DNA from: Euglena gracilis
Lineage: Eukaryota
Length of the DNA: 64,000 bases
Assembly: GCA_039621445.1 (NCBI GenBank)
Contig: CP154954.1
Span: 6,273,425 to 6,337,424 of the forward strand
Direction of reading: 5' to 3'
Positions within the stretch are counted from its first letter, which is position 1. Each line of letters begins with the position of its first letter. The translations under genes and the position numbers were made by a program. This document shows positions 11,878 to 23,283 of the stretch, piece by piece. The notes below the pieces were generated by a model, which was not told the origin of the DNA, did no database searches, and saw only the letters and a program-made list of their open reading frames with translations.

Positions 11878-12122
11878 TGTGTGTTGTGTGGCTCCAGCAT
11901 TCGCCACCAAGGTTTCGAATCTCTGCGCTTGCACCGCTGCCAACAGCATGCCGCTCGTGCCTCCACTCAATCCCCTTTTCACGTCCTAGACACTTCACGC
12001 TGGTCCTCGGAAGAGCTGGGCCAATGGAAAATGGAACCTGGTGGAAGGCAGACTGCGACGTGTGCCGGCGGCACTGGGTAACTTGTAACCTTGCAATACT
12101 ACTCAGGCATGAATCACTGTGC
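11878..12122 (+). pseudogene. Two putative Zn-finger motifs after 2A motif 1
   Basis: CVLC...LRLHRC and CDVC...LLRHESLC, in different frames. Confidence 0.45.
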
Positions 12123-12356
12123 CAACCACGCCAGTGGGACCCCGACTACGACGCCGATCCAAGCCCCCTACCCTCCCCACCATCATCACAGACTCCCCCA
12201 CCCGACAACCACAACTATAGCACTGGAACACAACAACAGCAACAGCATCAGCAAATGCAAACACAGCCACAGGCACACCCTCATCAACATTCACAATACC
12301 ACAGCTGTTCTAGCCAGCCCCAAAGGCTCTGCCACCACACTCCCCAAATACCGTCA

Positions 12357-12410
12357 GGCAGAGGCGCAGCCATTTTGACTCACGGGGACGTGCAAAAGAA
12401 ACCAGTACCG
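12357..12410 (+). other. Decayed 2A-like motif 2 (CRE-A)
   Basis: GRGAAILTHGDVQKKPVP; three single-base changes (CAA/GAA, AAA/AAC, GTA/GGA) from GDVEKNPGP. Confidence 0.7.
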
Positions 12411-12518
12411 GAAGAACACAGAACAACAAACACCTCGCCCAAACACACCCTCCTCGGACCACAGTCTCGACCAAGGCCATATCCCTATCGCAACCTCACC
12501 CCACCAGCGAGGCTCTCG

Positions 12519-12910
12519 GACTACATGCTCGACCCCCCATGGGTCAACTGGGTTCTGCAATCACTGCAGGTGCCCCCAGAACATCACCACACAGTGGATG
12601 CATTCGCGAGCTGCCACAACGCGCAACTTCGTGAGTAATGGGACGAAAACATAGATTGCTTCACCAAGGACTGGTGCACAGACAAGGCCTTGTGGATGAA
12701 CCCACCATTCAATCCAAATCCCAGCCGTTACTCAGCGTCTGCTCACCGCCGGGGGACACGCAGTGTTGCTGGCGCCAGCTTGGTCCCAATCCCTGCGTTC
12801 TCTACAACAACTTTGTACGCGCACGGCAATCCTCCCACCAGTTCCCCTATTTCGCGTGAGGGGGACAGTACTGATGCCTGCACCACCCTGGAGAACACAT
12901 GCTTTCTCTG
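12519..12910 (+). pseudogene. Dam-like N6-adenine DNA methyltransferase domain in CRE-A (copy 1)
   Basis: DYML...TVDAFASCHNAQLRE*WDENIDCFTKDWCTDKALWMNPPF (NPPF at 12699-12710), then after a frameshift VLLAPAWS...PVPLFRVRGTVLMPAPPW. Confidence 0.85.
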
Positions 12911-13227
12911 TCTCCCGCCCAAATCCCTCTCCCAGAGACCCCCTAGCACCCCTACGACTCTCGCACTCTCCACCTGCTTCCTCTGCCATCAGCTCAGATA
13001 CCCCTCCGCCAGACCCGGGCACTCCTCCACGACCCTCTCACCCACCGCCAGTACTTCACTACAGAAATGACTTTCCATTATGCCGATCAACCGATTTGCC
13101 CCCTTTGACATCCTGGGCCTTCGCACAAAATAACGCAAAATGGATCTCCTTCGTACACTTCGCGGGCCGCGTTTTCGTCCTCGAAAGATGATTCCTTTGG
13201 GACATCAGATTCGGCCCCCCCTGGCCG

Positions 13228-13266
13228 TGCAGTTCATGTGGAGGGAAGCACTGGTTCTGGGATTGC
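13228..13266 (+). other. CCHC Zn-knuckle-like motif (C-x2-C-x3-H-x4-C)
   Basis: CSSCGGKHWFWDC; CRE-B counterpart CQHCGQNHWPWDS. Confidence 0.7.
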
Positions 13267-13400
13267 CACCCTCAGCAGCGTGCCACAGCATCCTTGCATC
13301 CTCTGCGCCACACAGCACGTCCATCCCCACCATTCGTGTCCTGCCAGTGCAAGGTGCCTGCGACCATTCAGTCCTACCCAACAGAACCTGCACAGACTGA

Positions 13401-13454
13401 CAGGGCCGCGGCTCACTCATGACCTGTGAAGACATCGAAGAAAAACCAGGACCA
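13401..13454 (+). other. Decayed 2A-like motif 3 (CRE-A)
   Basis: QGRGSLMTCEDIEEKPGP. Confidence 0.8.
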
Positions 13455-13620
13455 CTCCGATCCCCACCTTCCTTGCGTGGCCCCCTCCATCACTGCGGAC
13501 CCCCGTGCACACCCCTACGGCCACTACACCTCAGCCCACAACTGAACGAACTTCGAGCCTGCCAAAACGAGAAATAGACCCTACTTCAGAAAAAGTCCCC
13601 GCGGACAGCGCCCGAAGGGC

Positions 13621-13674
13621 ACTGGGAGAGGTTCACTCCTCACCTGCGGAGACGTGGAAGAAATCCCAGGACCC
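13621..13674 (+). other. Near-intact 2A motif 4 (CRE-A), same frame as RT
   Basis: TGRGSLLTCGDVEEIPGP, 16/18 identical to T2A; ATC is one base from AAC. Frame matches ORF 14056, with two intervening TGA stops. Confidence 0.9.
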
Positions 13675-14055
13675 GCAGCACCCACGACGGCGCAAAACAA
13701 GTCATGCAAACGCAAGGAACGATCCAGCTCCGCCTCCACTCGATGACCAGCAGACAACGCAGACACCACTGACCGCCTGAACGACCTAGCCCACCCATGG
13801 GAAGGCAGAGACGCAGCAACCGTAGCAGACTCGGCGGGCAAAGAAAGCAACCTGAGAAACAACGCCAGATGCGGGATAACCATCAGTGCGAGACCTTGCC
13901 CAATTGAGGACATCCTACAGCTCCGCGTGAACACCATCCTGCATGTCCCCGCAACTCTCCAAACCACGATATGAGACATCCTTGGAGCCGCCCTCGACGC
14001 ATACACAAGCAACCCAACCGACGACGGGCTCTTTGCAATCCTGGCTTTCCCCAGA

Positions 14056-16909
14056 TTGGTGCTCCGCACAGTAAATGCGAAAGGTACACACGCCCCCGAT
14101 GAACTCGCCTCGGCAATTGGAAGACGAAACGGCCTGTTCCGATCCGGCGAGTACGGCACGTTACTGACAGAGCTCCACTCAGCACAGAAATCCGCAATTT
14201 CAAACGCCACAGCGCTAATTAAAACCAGAGCGGAAAAACGGGCAAGAACAGAACCCTCCAGCCTACCAGACCGAACCCTGCAGAGAGTCAAAACGCTCAC
14301 AGGGGAAGGAGGCCCAGCCAAAGCACTCCAACTATTACTCTCCGAAGGTTCCCACAAACCACAGGACCCACAGGTGTGGAACAAACTGGAAGCCCTTCAC
14401 CCAAACGGTAAGCCGGTGGACCTGAACAACCTCCCCGCCAAGATCACACCGTTCCAGGATGGACAATCAATCTCGTGGGAACCAATCCTGCATGAGGCAA
14501 TCCTGAAATTCCCTCGGACTTCATCCCCAGGACCTTCTGGGCTCCGCCCTGTTCACCTGCAAGACGCAATCAAGCGCCCAGGCAGAGGAGCACAGCTAAT
14601 TACAGCACTCGCCAAAATGACCAACACCTGGGTGAATGGGGACCTCCCTGCTGCACACTCCCCGTTCTGGTGCGGCGCCAACCTGACTCCGCTCAGAAAA
14701 AAGGATGACGGTGTCAGACCGGTGGCAGTGGGTGAGACCATACGGAGGTTGATTGGCAAAGCCCTCTTGGTAACAGGCACGGCAAAAGACCAGGTCAGCA
14801 AGCTCCAAACCACACAAGTCGGCGTTGGGGTCACAAATGCAGCAGAATCAGTGGCAGTAGGCTTTCAGCACCTGGTGCACAAACTGGACCCAGCCGGCAA
14901 TTGGGCAAGTTTGCAACTGAACTTCTCCAACGCCTTCAATTGCATAGACAGGTCACACCTGCTGCTCGAGGCAACAACCAGAACGCCCTGCCTCTTCAAC
15001 TACCTCAATTTCGCGTACAAGAACCCTGCCGCCCTATTCTGCGCTGGCAAAATCCTCTGGTCCCGCTGCGGAACTCACCAGGGCTGCCCACTTGACCCAG
15101 TCGGCTTCTGCGTTGGTCTGCAACCTCTGGCAGAGACCATCAGAAACAAAGCGGAGCTACTCTGGAGTTCGTGGTATCTGAATGATGGTATCATGGTAGG
15201 CCAACCCGACAAACTGCAGAAAGTCATCTCCTTCCTCCAGGGCGAAGCCACACGCCGCGGACTCCAACTGAACCTCCGAAAGTGTGTGGTATGGGGGCCA
15301 GCTGGCAACCTAATCACCTCCGCACCAGATATGACCGTCATACCATGGCAAGAACATTCAGGGATCACGTATTGGGAGTTCCAGTGGATTTATTCGGGGG
15401 GGGGGAGCGGGCACTCAACTGTAAGAGGCCGCCAGTCGTGTGGGGATCAGGGCCGCAGGGTTGGTACCACTACCCCCCCCCCTTATTTGAGCACACCTCC
15501 GGAGTGCCAAACGGTAGACTGGGGGGGGGGGTAGTGGGTAGTCGGCCGACTAGTCGGCCGACCAATTGGGTAGTCGGCCGACTAATTGGTCGGCCGACTA
15601 GTCGGCGGACCAATTCCCACAAGCCACCAAAAGACAGCTGAAGCGTGGGTTGCGGCCACACGGAAAATTGAACACGCAGCAGACATTGTAACCCAAATGA
15701 CAGATGCCAAAATTTCTCATCACCTGCTACGCTCCTGTCTTGACGGTTGCAAAGTGAACCACCTGCTCCGCGCCTCCAACAGCTACCTCTGTAAAGAAGC
15801 AGTCACCCGATCTTCGGAAACCATTCTTCAAGCTTTTGAGAACGTCGTTGGAGTGCCTCTGAACACCACACAGAGACTGCAAGAAGCACTGCCACTCACC
15901 CTCACACAACCAAGCAGCGGAACGTACAGCAGCCCTTTGTGCCTTTTACACAGAAGGATATCAGAGAATCGGTTTGCCTCAGTATGCAACAGACCCAGTG
16001 GCAGATCTCATTGAACCACCCCTCAAAAACTTGTGTGCTGCCCTGCCCAACCACTCGACAGCCCCGAGACTGCTGGGGAATCTGGCCCACACCAAGACCT
16101 CCGGAAAAATGAACAATCCCAAAAATGGTGGTCCACAGAAATAGGAAAAACCACAATGGACAACCTCATCAACCAATGCAAACCACGAGACCAGGCCTGC
16201 CTTTTGGAACAATCCTCAGGAATTGGACATGGTTGTATGGTCTCTCCACCGTCCCCCGCCCTGCACACTGTCTTCTCAAGTGACGAGTACTGTCTTGGCC
16301 TCAAATGGTGGCTCGGAATGCCCATCATAGACGACGACACGCAGAAATGCCAAGGCTGCCCCACTGGACAGGGAAGGGGACCACCTCATCTGTTGCCCAC
16401 GAAACAACTTCACTGTCAGACACACGGCTGTTCAGGATGCAATTTTCACCCTCCTATCCTCCACAGGCCAAGGTGTCCAGAAGGAAGTCACAATCCCCAA
16501 TGCCCCCGATGCCAATCTGCGCCCCGCTGATCTCTTACTGGCATGCTTCCAGGATTGCAAGCCCACAGCCCTCGGCGTCACGATCTGTCATGCATGGCAG
16601 ATCCCAGAACAAAGTACCTCACGGGAACGATGGAGGTCTTTTCTTCGACGCAAAGAATCTGCCAAGCACACTAAATATTACGTCACCTGCCAAAATGCAG
16701 GTTGGTCTTTCACCACCTTGGCAATGGGCACATGGGGAGGCCTCGGCCCAGAGGGCGCCCGCTTGCTCGGTCGCATCTTCAAACGAGCCACGGCGACGCA
16801 AGAAGGAGAAATAGGGGAACTCAAGCAGGCCGAATGCTATCAGGCCGTCGCTGTCGCACTCACCCGCCAAATCTGGCAACTCCTCCGAGTGAAACACACC
16901 GTCCGCTAA
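14056..16909 (+). pseudogene. CRE-A RT, thumb and RLE; inactivated
   Basis: SSPGPSGLRPVHL, RPVAVGETIRRLIGK, LNFSNAFN, HQGCPLDP, WYLNDG (Asn at two catalytic Asp positions); insertion near 15393-15615; LKWWLG, LRPADL, MGTWGGLG; several frameshifts. Confidence 0.93.
15393..15615. other. About 220-bp insertion in CRE-A RT with G/C runs and a palindromic array
   Basis: Interrupts LGVPVDL...PTSHQKT, which is contiguous in CRE-B (LGIPVDLPASSDTTKT). Contains repeated gtcggccgac palindromes at 15538-15615. Confidence 0.75.
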
Positions 16910-17835
16910 ACATGCACACCGCTAGCCACAAAATGCTCCACCAGCAGCGTCACACAGAGCACAAACAGCCAAATGCGTACTACTTCGGGAAGCCGAGAGA
17001 CAAACAGGGAACCTCCTCGCCATCAAAAGACACAAACACGCCCCGCCAGGCGAACACCCGACACACCCCTCGCGCCACGTAACATATAGGAAGTGGGTCT
17101 TGCCCACGGGCCGAACAGCAGGGGCACCATACACAAACACACCCCGCCATTCAAACACCCCCCCTCCCCCGCCAAGGTATATATATGGATCGTTGGTCTT
17201 GCCCACGGTCTCCTAACCAGCTGACCGCCAACAATGCCTATACTTGCAGTGTACACTACCATCAGTATAACCTACCCGCGATATAACCTACCCGCGGCAC
17301 AGGAAGTCACAAGAGGGTTCCTCTTGTGGCGCGGGCCAAAAGAAACGATACCCTGGGCCCAGGGCACGGTTCGGGTGAAGCTGTGCTACCCACCGTGAAT
17401 TCTCAACCGTCCTTTGTAGCTTTTCTGCTTGTTTTTTTTCGACATGTCACATGGCTGACATGTCCCCTGGTGGGGTTCTAGTTACAAGCTGGGATTATAA
17501 AGTACAAGTTTTCAAGTTTCAACTTTCTGTACAACATTGTAAGTCCAAGGACAATACTTGTTTGCAAGAGCATAGGTACGCTGGTGGACAGTGCTTCTAG
17601 CCTCAGTGCTGGGGCTTCTTTGGCCGTATGCTGCTGGTTACTGCAGAATTGACTTTAAGTCGGTCTGTTTTACTTTTTGTGAACTGTTTTGTTTCTTGCC
17701 TTTTCTTTTTGTTTCTGTTTACAAAATAGCCCCAGAACAAAGGAAACCGAGGAACTTCGGTCTGTTTTTGCAAAGCTCCCATTCAGATTGTGCCAGTGTG
17801 CTAAATGTGAAAGGGATTTTGAAGATTTTGAAGAT

Positions 17836-17930
17836 TTTTGGGCCACAGGTGGTGGCCAGTTTTGGGCCACATGTGTTGGCCAGTTTTGGGCCAGATGTGG
17901 TGGCCAGTTTTGGGCCAGATGGTGCCAGAT
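17836..17930. repeat. 24-bp tandem repeat (tggccagttttgggcca core), about 4 copies
   Basis: Seen directly; gives VASFGP repeats in the ORF track. Confidence 0.75.
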
Positions 17931-20029
17931 TTTGACCAGAAACCTTTTTGTCCTGAGATGCTCGTTTTCTTCTGAAACTTGTTTTTTTTGTTTCTTGAAT
18001 TCTTTTTTTCCTGTGCAACAATTTCTCTTGCTCAAAAAACCTAAACATTTGGGGGGGTTCGGTTTTTGAGTATGGCAAATGGGTAAGTTTTGGAGGGTTT
18101 GTAGTGGGCAAATGGGTAAGTATTGGAGGGTTTGTAGTGGGCAGTTTTGGAAAGATGGGTGGCCATGTTTTTTGCCACATTTGCTGGCGATATTTTCCCA
18201 ACGAGGCGAACGAGTGGCCACAGGTTTTTTTGGGCGGGGGTGCCTCCGGCCGGTACGTCTTTTGTCCTCCCGTGCGGGTTAAAGCCAACAGGCGGGCCGT
18301 ATTTCGGTCCGAACGTTCACCCGGGTGCACTTCGGGCTTCAACTTAGGCCCCCTCCGGTGCACACATTCATTCCTGATTCAGCCGTCACTGCGTACGGCG
18401 TGCGTGTTGTTTGGTCTTGATAGCCGGCATGTTGGCTGGCTAGGTTGGTCTGCCAGCCGGCTAGGTTGGTCCGTCCAGCCGGTTAGGTTGGTCCGGCCAA
18501 ACGCCCCCCTTCAATGACCCGCGTTTTACAACGCAGCCCTTCGGTGAGAGACTGCCCGATAACCGCCAAAGGCTTGGGAAAAGTTCCTCTCGGTGCGCAT
18601 GTGCACATGCGGGCACGACAGTCCTCCATCTCCGGCGGCGGTGTAAACAAAACAGCGAGCCCCGTAGCGACGCATGATGACCCACGTGGCAGAGGATCCA
18701 CCATCTTCCTCAACCACAATCTGAGGAACTAGTGCCCGGAAGCCACTCCGGCAGCCGATCAATCGCGGCCCCACCTCGCACCCTTCATTAGCTCACATCT
18801 TTTCCCCTTTTCCCTGCCCTCCCATCGCCTGGCCCTAGCACAGACTATCGCTTCTGTACATAGCCTTACCCCTGGAACACATCAAATCCAGTAGGCTGTG
18901 CCTCTGGTCGGTGGACTCGGTTCGCGCCACCTCCGTTGTTGTAGTGTGTCTTTTTGTCCATGCACAACAAGCGTTTCGTTTGTTCGCCGGCCACACCCCC
19001 TGTGCGCCGCCGGTCGCACGCGCGACCGGCGAGTCCCGGTGGGCCGAGGGCCCGGGGGGTACTCGCCGTCGTGGAAAACCACCAACAGCCAGGGGGTGGG
19101 TTTTTCCGGGGTGGGGCCTGCGCTTTCTCCGAGGGTTGGTGGGCTCAAGCCAACCCCCGTTTGTTTCACTCAGGTATTTTCCCCAACCCCTGCCGGTGCG
19201 TAGGATCGTTTTTTTAATGTTTTCTGAAAATTTGGTGAACACCGAAAAATCTGCCATTTGCAATGAAATAGAACTTTTCTCTCTGAAATCTCACTTTTCT
19301 CTCTTTCTCTCTCTCACACTCTCTTGCACATCTTGAAGAAAAAACCAACCCACTGAATTCTGAAATGAATTCCAACCCACTGGAGAAGCAATCACACTGT
19401 TGGAAATCTGTGAGAGTGACTGAATGTGATAAAAAACAACAACCTGGGGCAAGGAAGAGGGGTATAGGGAATAGAAGCGGCGGTGAGGGTGGCGGTGTTG
19501 TAGGGTCTCCTTCTTGATTTCAATACCAAATTGACTTCAACAACTCCACCAACAATGTAATGACCAACAATGTAACTGTCAATTTCAATTCAACAATGTG
19601 ATTGATCAAATCCAATTCAATGTATTTCCTCTTTGCCAAATAATGGGGAAAACCCCTCAAGTTCTGTGAAAAATGACAAATTTGAAGGCGCTTAGAAATT
19701 TGACCCGCTTCCAATTTAAGTCGCGGGTTTCTCTAACTGATTGGCTGTTACCCACGACTTTGTAATTTACGCTTTCTGGCAATTTTTGGCTGCCGGCGAA
19801 AGCCGGCGGCCGACACCCCCTCCCTTGCAACCTTAGTCGGACACCAAAAATTCGCCCCCCCCCGTTCCTCAACAACAGGGGGAAAATCCTCCATTCGGCA
19901 CTATTTCATCCAAAGCCTATGTCCCACACCCATTCTCCCTTGAATCAACAAATGGGAAACAAACTTCAGGCACTATGGCTTTCAAGTGCCTTCAAACCTT
20001 TGGGAAGGACTCGGTTCACCAACCAACGA

Positions 20030-20320
20030 ATATTAGGCTGCCCCCCCCGCTTCTCACGGGTGGTATGAGGGTCTTCACCAAGATCTGCCCCCCCCTTCCA
20101 ACGGGTCGGGGGTTTTTGGTAAAATTTCGGTTGGCGCCCCCCCCCTTCGGGTCGGGAGGATTTTTTGGTTCAAATTCGTCAAGCCCCCCCCCCCTCCTCG
20201 GGCAGGGGGATTTTTGTCAAAAAATCAAGCGCACCCCCCCCTTTTCGGGCCGGGGGGATTTTTGTCAAAAAAATCATGCCCCCCCCCCTCTCCTCAGGTC
20301 GGGGGGATTTTTGTCAAACC
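20030..20320. repeat. Degenerate tandem repeat, about 45-50 bp (poly-C...cggg...ggggattttt...caaa)
   Basis: About five imperfect units. Confidence 0.6.
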
Positions 20321-20738
20321 GAACGGGGGCTCATAATGTGACCAAGGACTCCCAACCACAATGTAACCCATCATCTCAAAGAATCAATCTCCAAACCCTA
20401 ATAACACCGGGAGGGAAGAGGAGGGGACGGCAAATATAGAAAGTGCGGTGCGGCAATGAGCGCAGTGTGGCGAATATAATAGCAATGCGGCGGCGAATGC
20501 ACTGAGGTGCCCCTTGCACTCCTGGCCCCCTTGCGGGACCTTTTTCTACCTTTCTCCATTCTCCTTGGCAAATTCTTGCATTTGTACATTCTCTCATTTA
20601 CACGCTCATGCGTGTGTGCGTGCACTCACACCCACACGGACGTGCAAATCCGGTTTTTGAATTTTAAAAACAGCACTTTGCCTTCCCATTAGGCTCACCG
20701 TAGAGCCTTGGACAGGGCCTTATGGCTCACCTTAGAGC

Positions 20739-20955
20739 CTACGGCCCACCGTCAATTTTAAGTTCGGACATTATGTCCATTTTCACTTTTTTCTCACGGC
20801 AATACTTCACAAACTCCCCACTGAACCTGTGAATAAAATTCCCAGCCGGTTCCCAGGTCTGCTCCCCGTCTTCATATCCGACCCACTTTGTTTAAAACTC
20901 CCACTTTCCATCCTTTCCTTTCCGATGCCTTAGAATTTTCTCCACCTCCCACTCA
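20739..20955 (-). pseudogene. Gypsy-B chromodomain
   Basis: EWEVEKILRHRKGKDGKWEF*TKWVGYEDGEQTWEPAGNF. Confidence 0.9.
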
Positions 20956-22103
20956 TCAGGTAATGCCTCTTCTTCTTTTTCGGTACGTTTATAATAAAAA
21001 AGAGGCACCCCTTTCCCTTCAACTTGGGGTTCCCGATACTCCTTCAAAAAACTCCTATGAGCTTTTGTCTCCACCCCAGGTTTCATTTCGATTACATAAC
21101 TTCGTTCCCCTTCTCTACCCTTCACGACCCCAGGTCCCACCCACCTAGAGTCAAGCTTCTCACCCGACCCTTCGGGTCTCCTACACCAAACCATCATCCC
21201 CACCTTTAGGGGTTCCATTTCTTTCCTCCCCTTATTTATCCTTGCCACCTCCTCCTCAATGCTTTTTGTTGAGTATCCTAGCCACCCTCCCATCAATGTC
21301 TTGCATCGTTCGGAAAAAATCTACCGAATCCTCACATTCTTTGGGTGGTTGGTAGGGTACCCCTGCTAATGGTCGTTCCCTTCCATGTAGAATTTCATAT
21401 GGGCTGAACCCGCTTTCCCCCTTTACGTCGTGAATTCGGTCCACAGCTTGGGGTAAAGCTTCAACCCAATTAATTTTTTCTTTCACGTACAAATTTCTCA
21501 ACACCTCCATTACCTGTTGTCCGGCTCTCTCAATCCTCCCGTTTGCTTGGTGGTGGTATGCTTGGGAATATGCTTGCCTAATCCCCAAAAGTGCACACAT
21601 GTTTTTCCACCAAGTTCTTGTGAAATGGCTCCCTTGGTCACTTGAGATGACCGAGGGAACCCCAAAAGGCCTCCACTGACTTTTCACCATTTCCTTAGCC
21701 AACTTGGCACCGGTTAATCCCTTGTCCTTGCATGCAACCCCCACAATCCATCCCGAATGCCTATCCACACAAAGGGCTAGGGTGTCATACTCCCCCCCAT
21801 CGTGTAAAACCCTTGGCATTCGAAACAAATCGATGGCAACACTTATCATTAGTGCAGGGGGTATGGGTGTGGACTCGATCGGTCCTTTCAAACTCTTCCC
21901 CCTCACACTCGCTTGGCATGTGAAACAATTTTTGCTGCACTTTTGGTTGAGTTGTTTTGCAGCCTTTTCATCAGCCCAAACAAAACGGATTGCAATGTGT
22001 TTCCAACTTTTTCAGGGCCAACGTTCCCCAAAAACTCGTGAAGTTCCTGAATCACCAAGTGTTGAAAACTTTCAGGCACACACAACTTTTCTTCAAAAAG
22101 CAA
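20956..22103 (-). pseudogene. pol: Gypsy-B integrase
   Basis: LHEFLGN...CFTC, VAIDLF, VISSDQGSHF, HQANGRIERA, FSPYEILHG, KLDSRWVGPG (GPY/F-like). Confidence 0.93.
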
Positions 22104-22519
22104 TTGGCCATTTAGCTCTTTGAAGCCCGTTGGCCAAATTGAATCGCCTTTGGTAGCTACCCATTTTTCTTTCCATGTGGGGCATTGGGAATATGCTTCC
22201 CCCCCATACGGGCTTAATATCCTTAGGGGTCGTACTTGGCAGGGCGTCCCCCACTTCCATACGAGTGTCCCCCCTCGAACTTTCAGCCGTCTCCGGGACA
22301 GGGGTCGTCTCCCCCCCCCACTTTCTCATCCCAAAAATGAACTCGTTTCTTTTCTTTCCTGGGCCATTGTGAGTGGGTGTCCACAGGGGTGTCTTTTCCT
22401 CCTGGGTCTACCCCACCCTCGGTTCCCCTCCTTGTGCACTCGCCTTTTTCCTCCTCAGGTGTTACGTTTTTGCCACTACAGGTTGTCACCCCCCGTATCC
22501 AGGCATTACGTAAATTGGG

Positions 22520-23283
22520 CTGGTTTTTGATTCTTATCTCCAAACACTTTTTTTCCTCTTCTTTTTCCTCCCGGATAAAATTTTCCATTTCATCCTTGTC
22601 TTCGGCTGACCCATGCTTACTTATATCCCTTAGGGCCTGTGAATCTGGGTATGCCCACCGACTAATAATGTCGGCTATGGTATTTTCTTTACCCGGGATA
22701 TATCCCACCGTCAAATCATACTTGGAGAAAATTTGGTGCCATCTCGCCCTCCTCCCAACCGGACCACTGGGGGTGTCCAGGACTTCCCTTGTCCAAGACT
22801 CCAAACTTTGGTGGTCGGTTAAAACCAAAACGGGTTGCAATCCAATCCAACTCTCCCATTTTTGTAGTGCCAAAATTATGGCATATGTCTCCAACTCCCT
22901 GGGGGTCCATTTTCTTTGCCCCTCGGTCAATTTTCGAGACATAAAAGCCACTGGCACAGTTTTTTTCTCAATCACATCTTGGGCTGTGGGCCCCCCTCCT
23001 TCATTTGCTCTAACGTTGCCCCCACGGCGTACCCACTGGCATCTACCCTTAGCACAAAGGGTTTATCTGGGTCTACCCGTTGCAACATTAGGCCCGAACA
23101 CAACCATTTTTTCAGCTCCTCAAAAGCTTTTAAATCCTCCCCATCAAATTCCACAGGTTTTCGACTTCCTTTCTTTCCCACCTCCCTAGGGACTTTCAAT
23201 TTGTCTTGCAGCCGGGCAGCTACTTCCGCATACATGTGAACGTATGCATTGTAATAATTTGTGAATCCCAAAAAGGCTCTCAA
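22520..23283 (-). pseudogene. pol: Gypsy-B connection domain and RNase H
   Basis: FLGFTNYY, VLRVDASGYAVGATL, VAFMSRKL, RELETYAI, VLTDHQSL, YIPGKENTIADIISR. Confidence 0.93.

Larger units (their letters stand above)
11006..17206 (+). mobile_element. CRE-A: CRE-like RLE non-LTR retrotransposon with 2A motifs and Dam-like MTase (copy 1); 5' boundary uncertain
   Basis: Colinear + strand order: 2A, Zn fingers, 2A, Dam-like MTase, CCHC, 2A, 2A, RT, thumb, RLE, CA-rich 3' UTR. CRE-type RT motifs GVRPVAVGETIRRL, QVGVG, QGCPL. Confidence 0.85.
1..22374. repeat. Copy 1 of a >=22.4 kb near-identical direct duplication (period about 41.62 kb)
   Basis: Position 1 (tcaagcattagctttttaat) recurs at 41621 and 22374 corresponds to 64000. 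The ORF track repeats with an offset of about 41620-41628. Confidence 0.98.

Noticed and set aside
17524-17544. Resemblance to a kinetoplastid/diplonemid spliced-leader 3' end (tttctgtac..attg) near CRE-A, of interest because some CRE elements target SL genes
   Set aside because: Short partial match, the 5' half of the leader is absent, and it lies about 300 bp from the element end.
17591-19336. Overlapping ORFs of 100-214 aa on both strands
   Set aside because: Driven by short tandem repeats; no motifs, and a frame differs between the duplicates.
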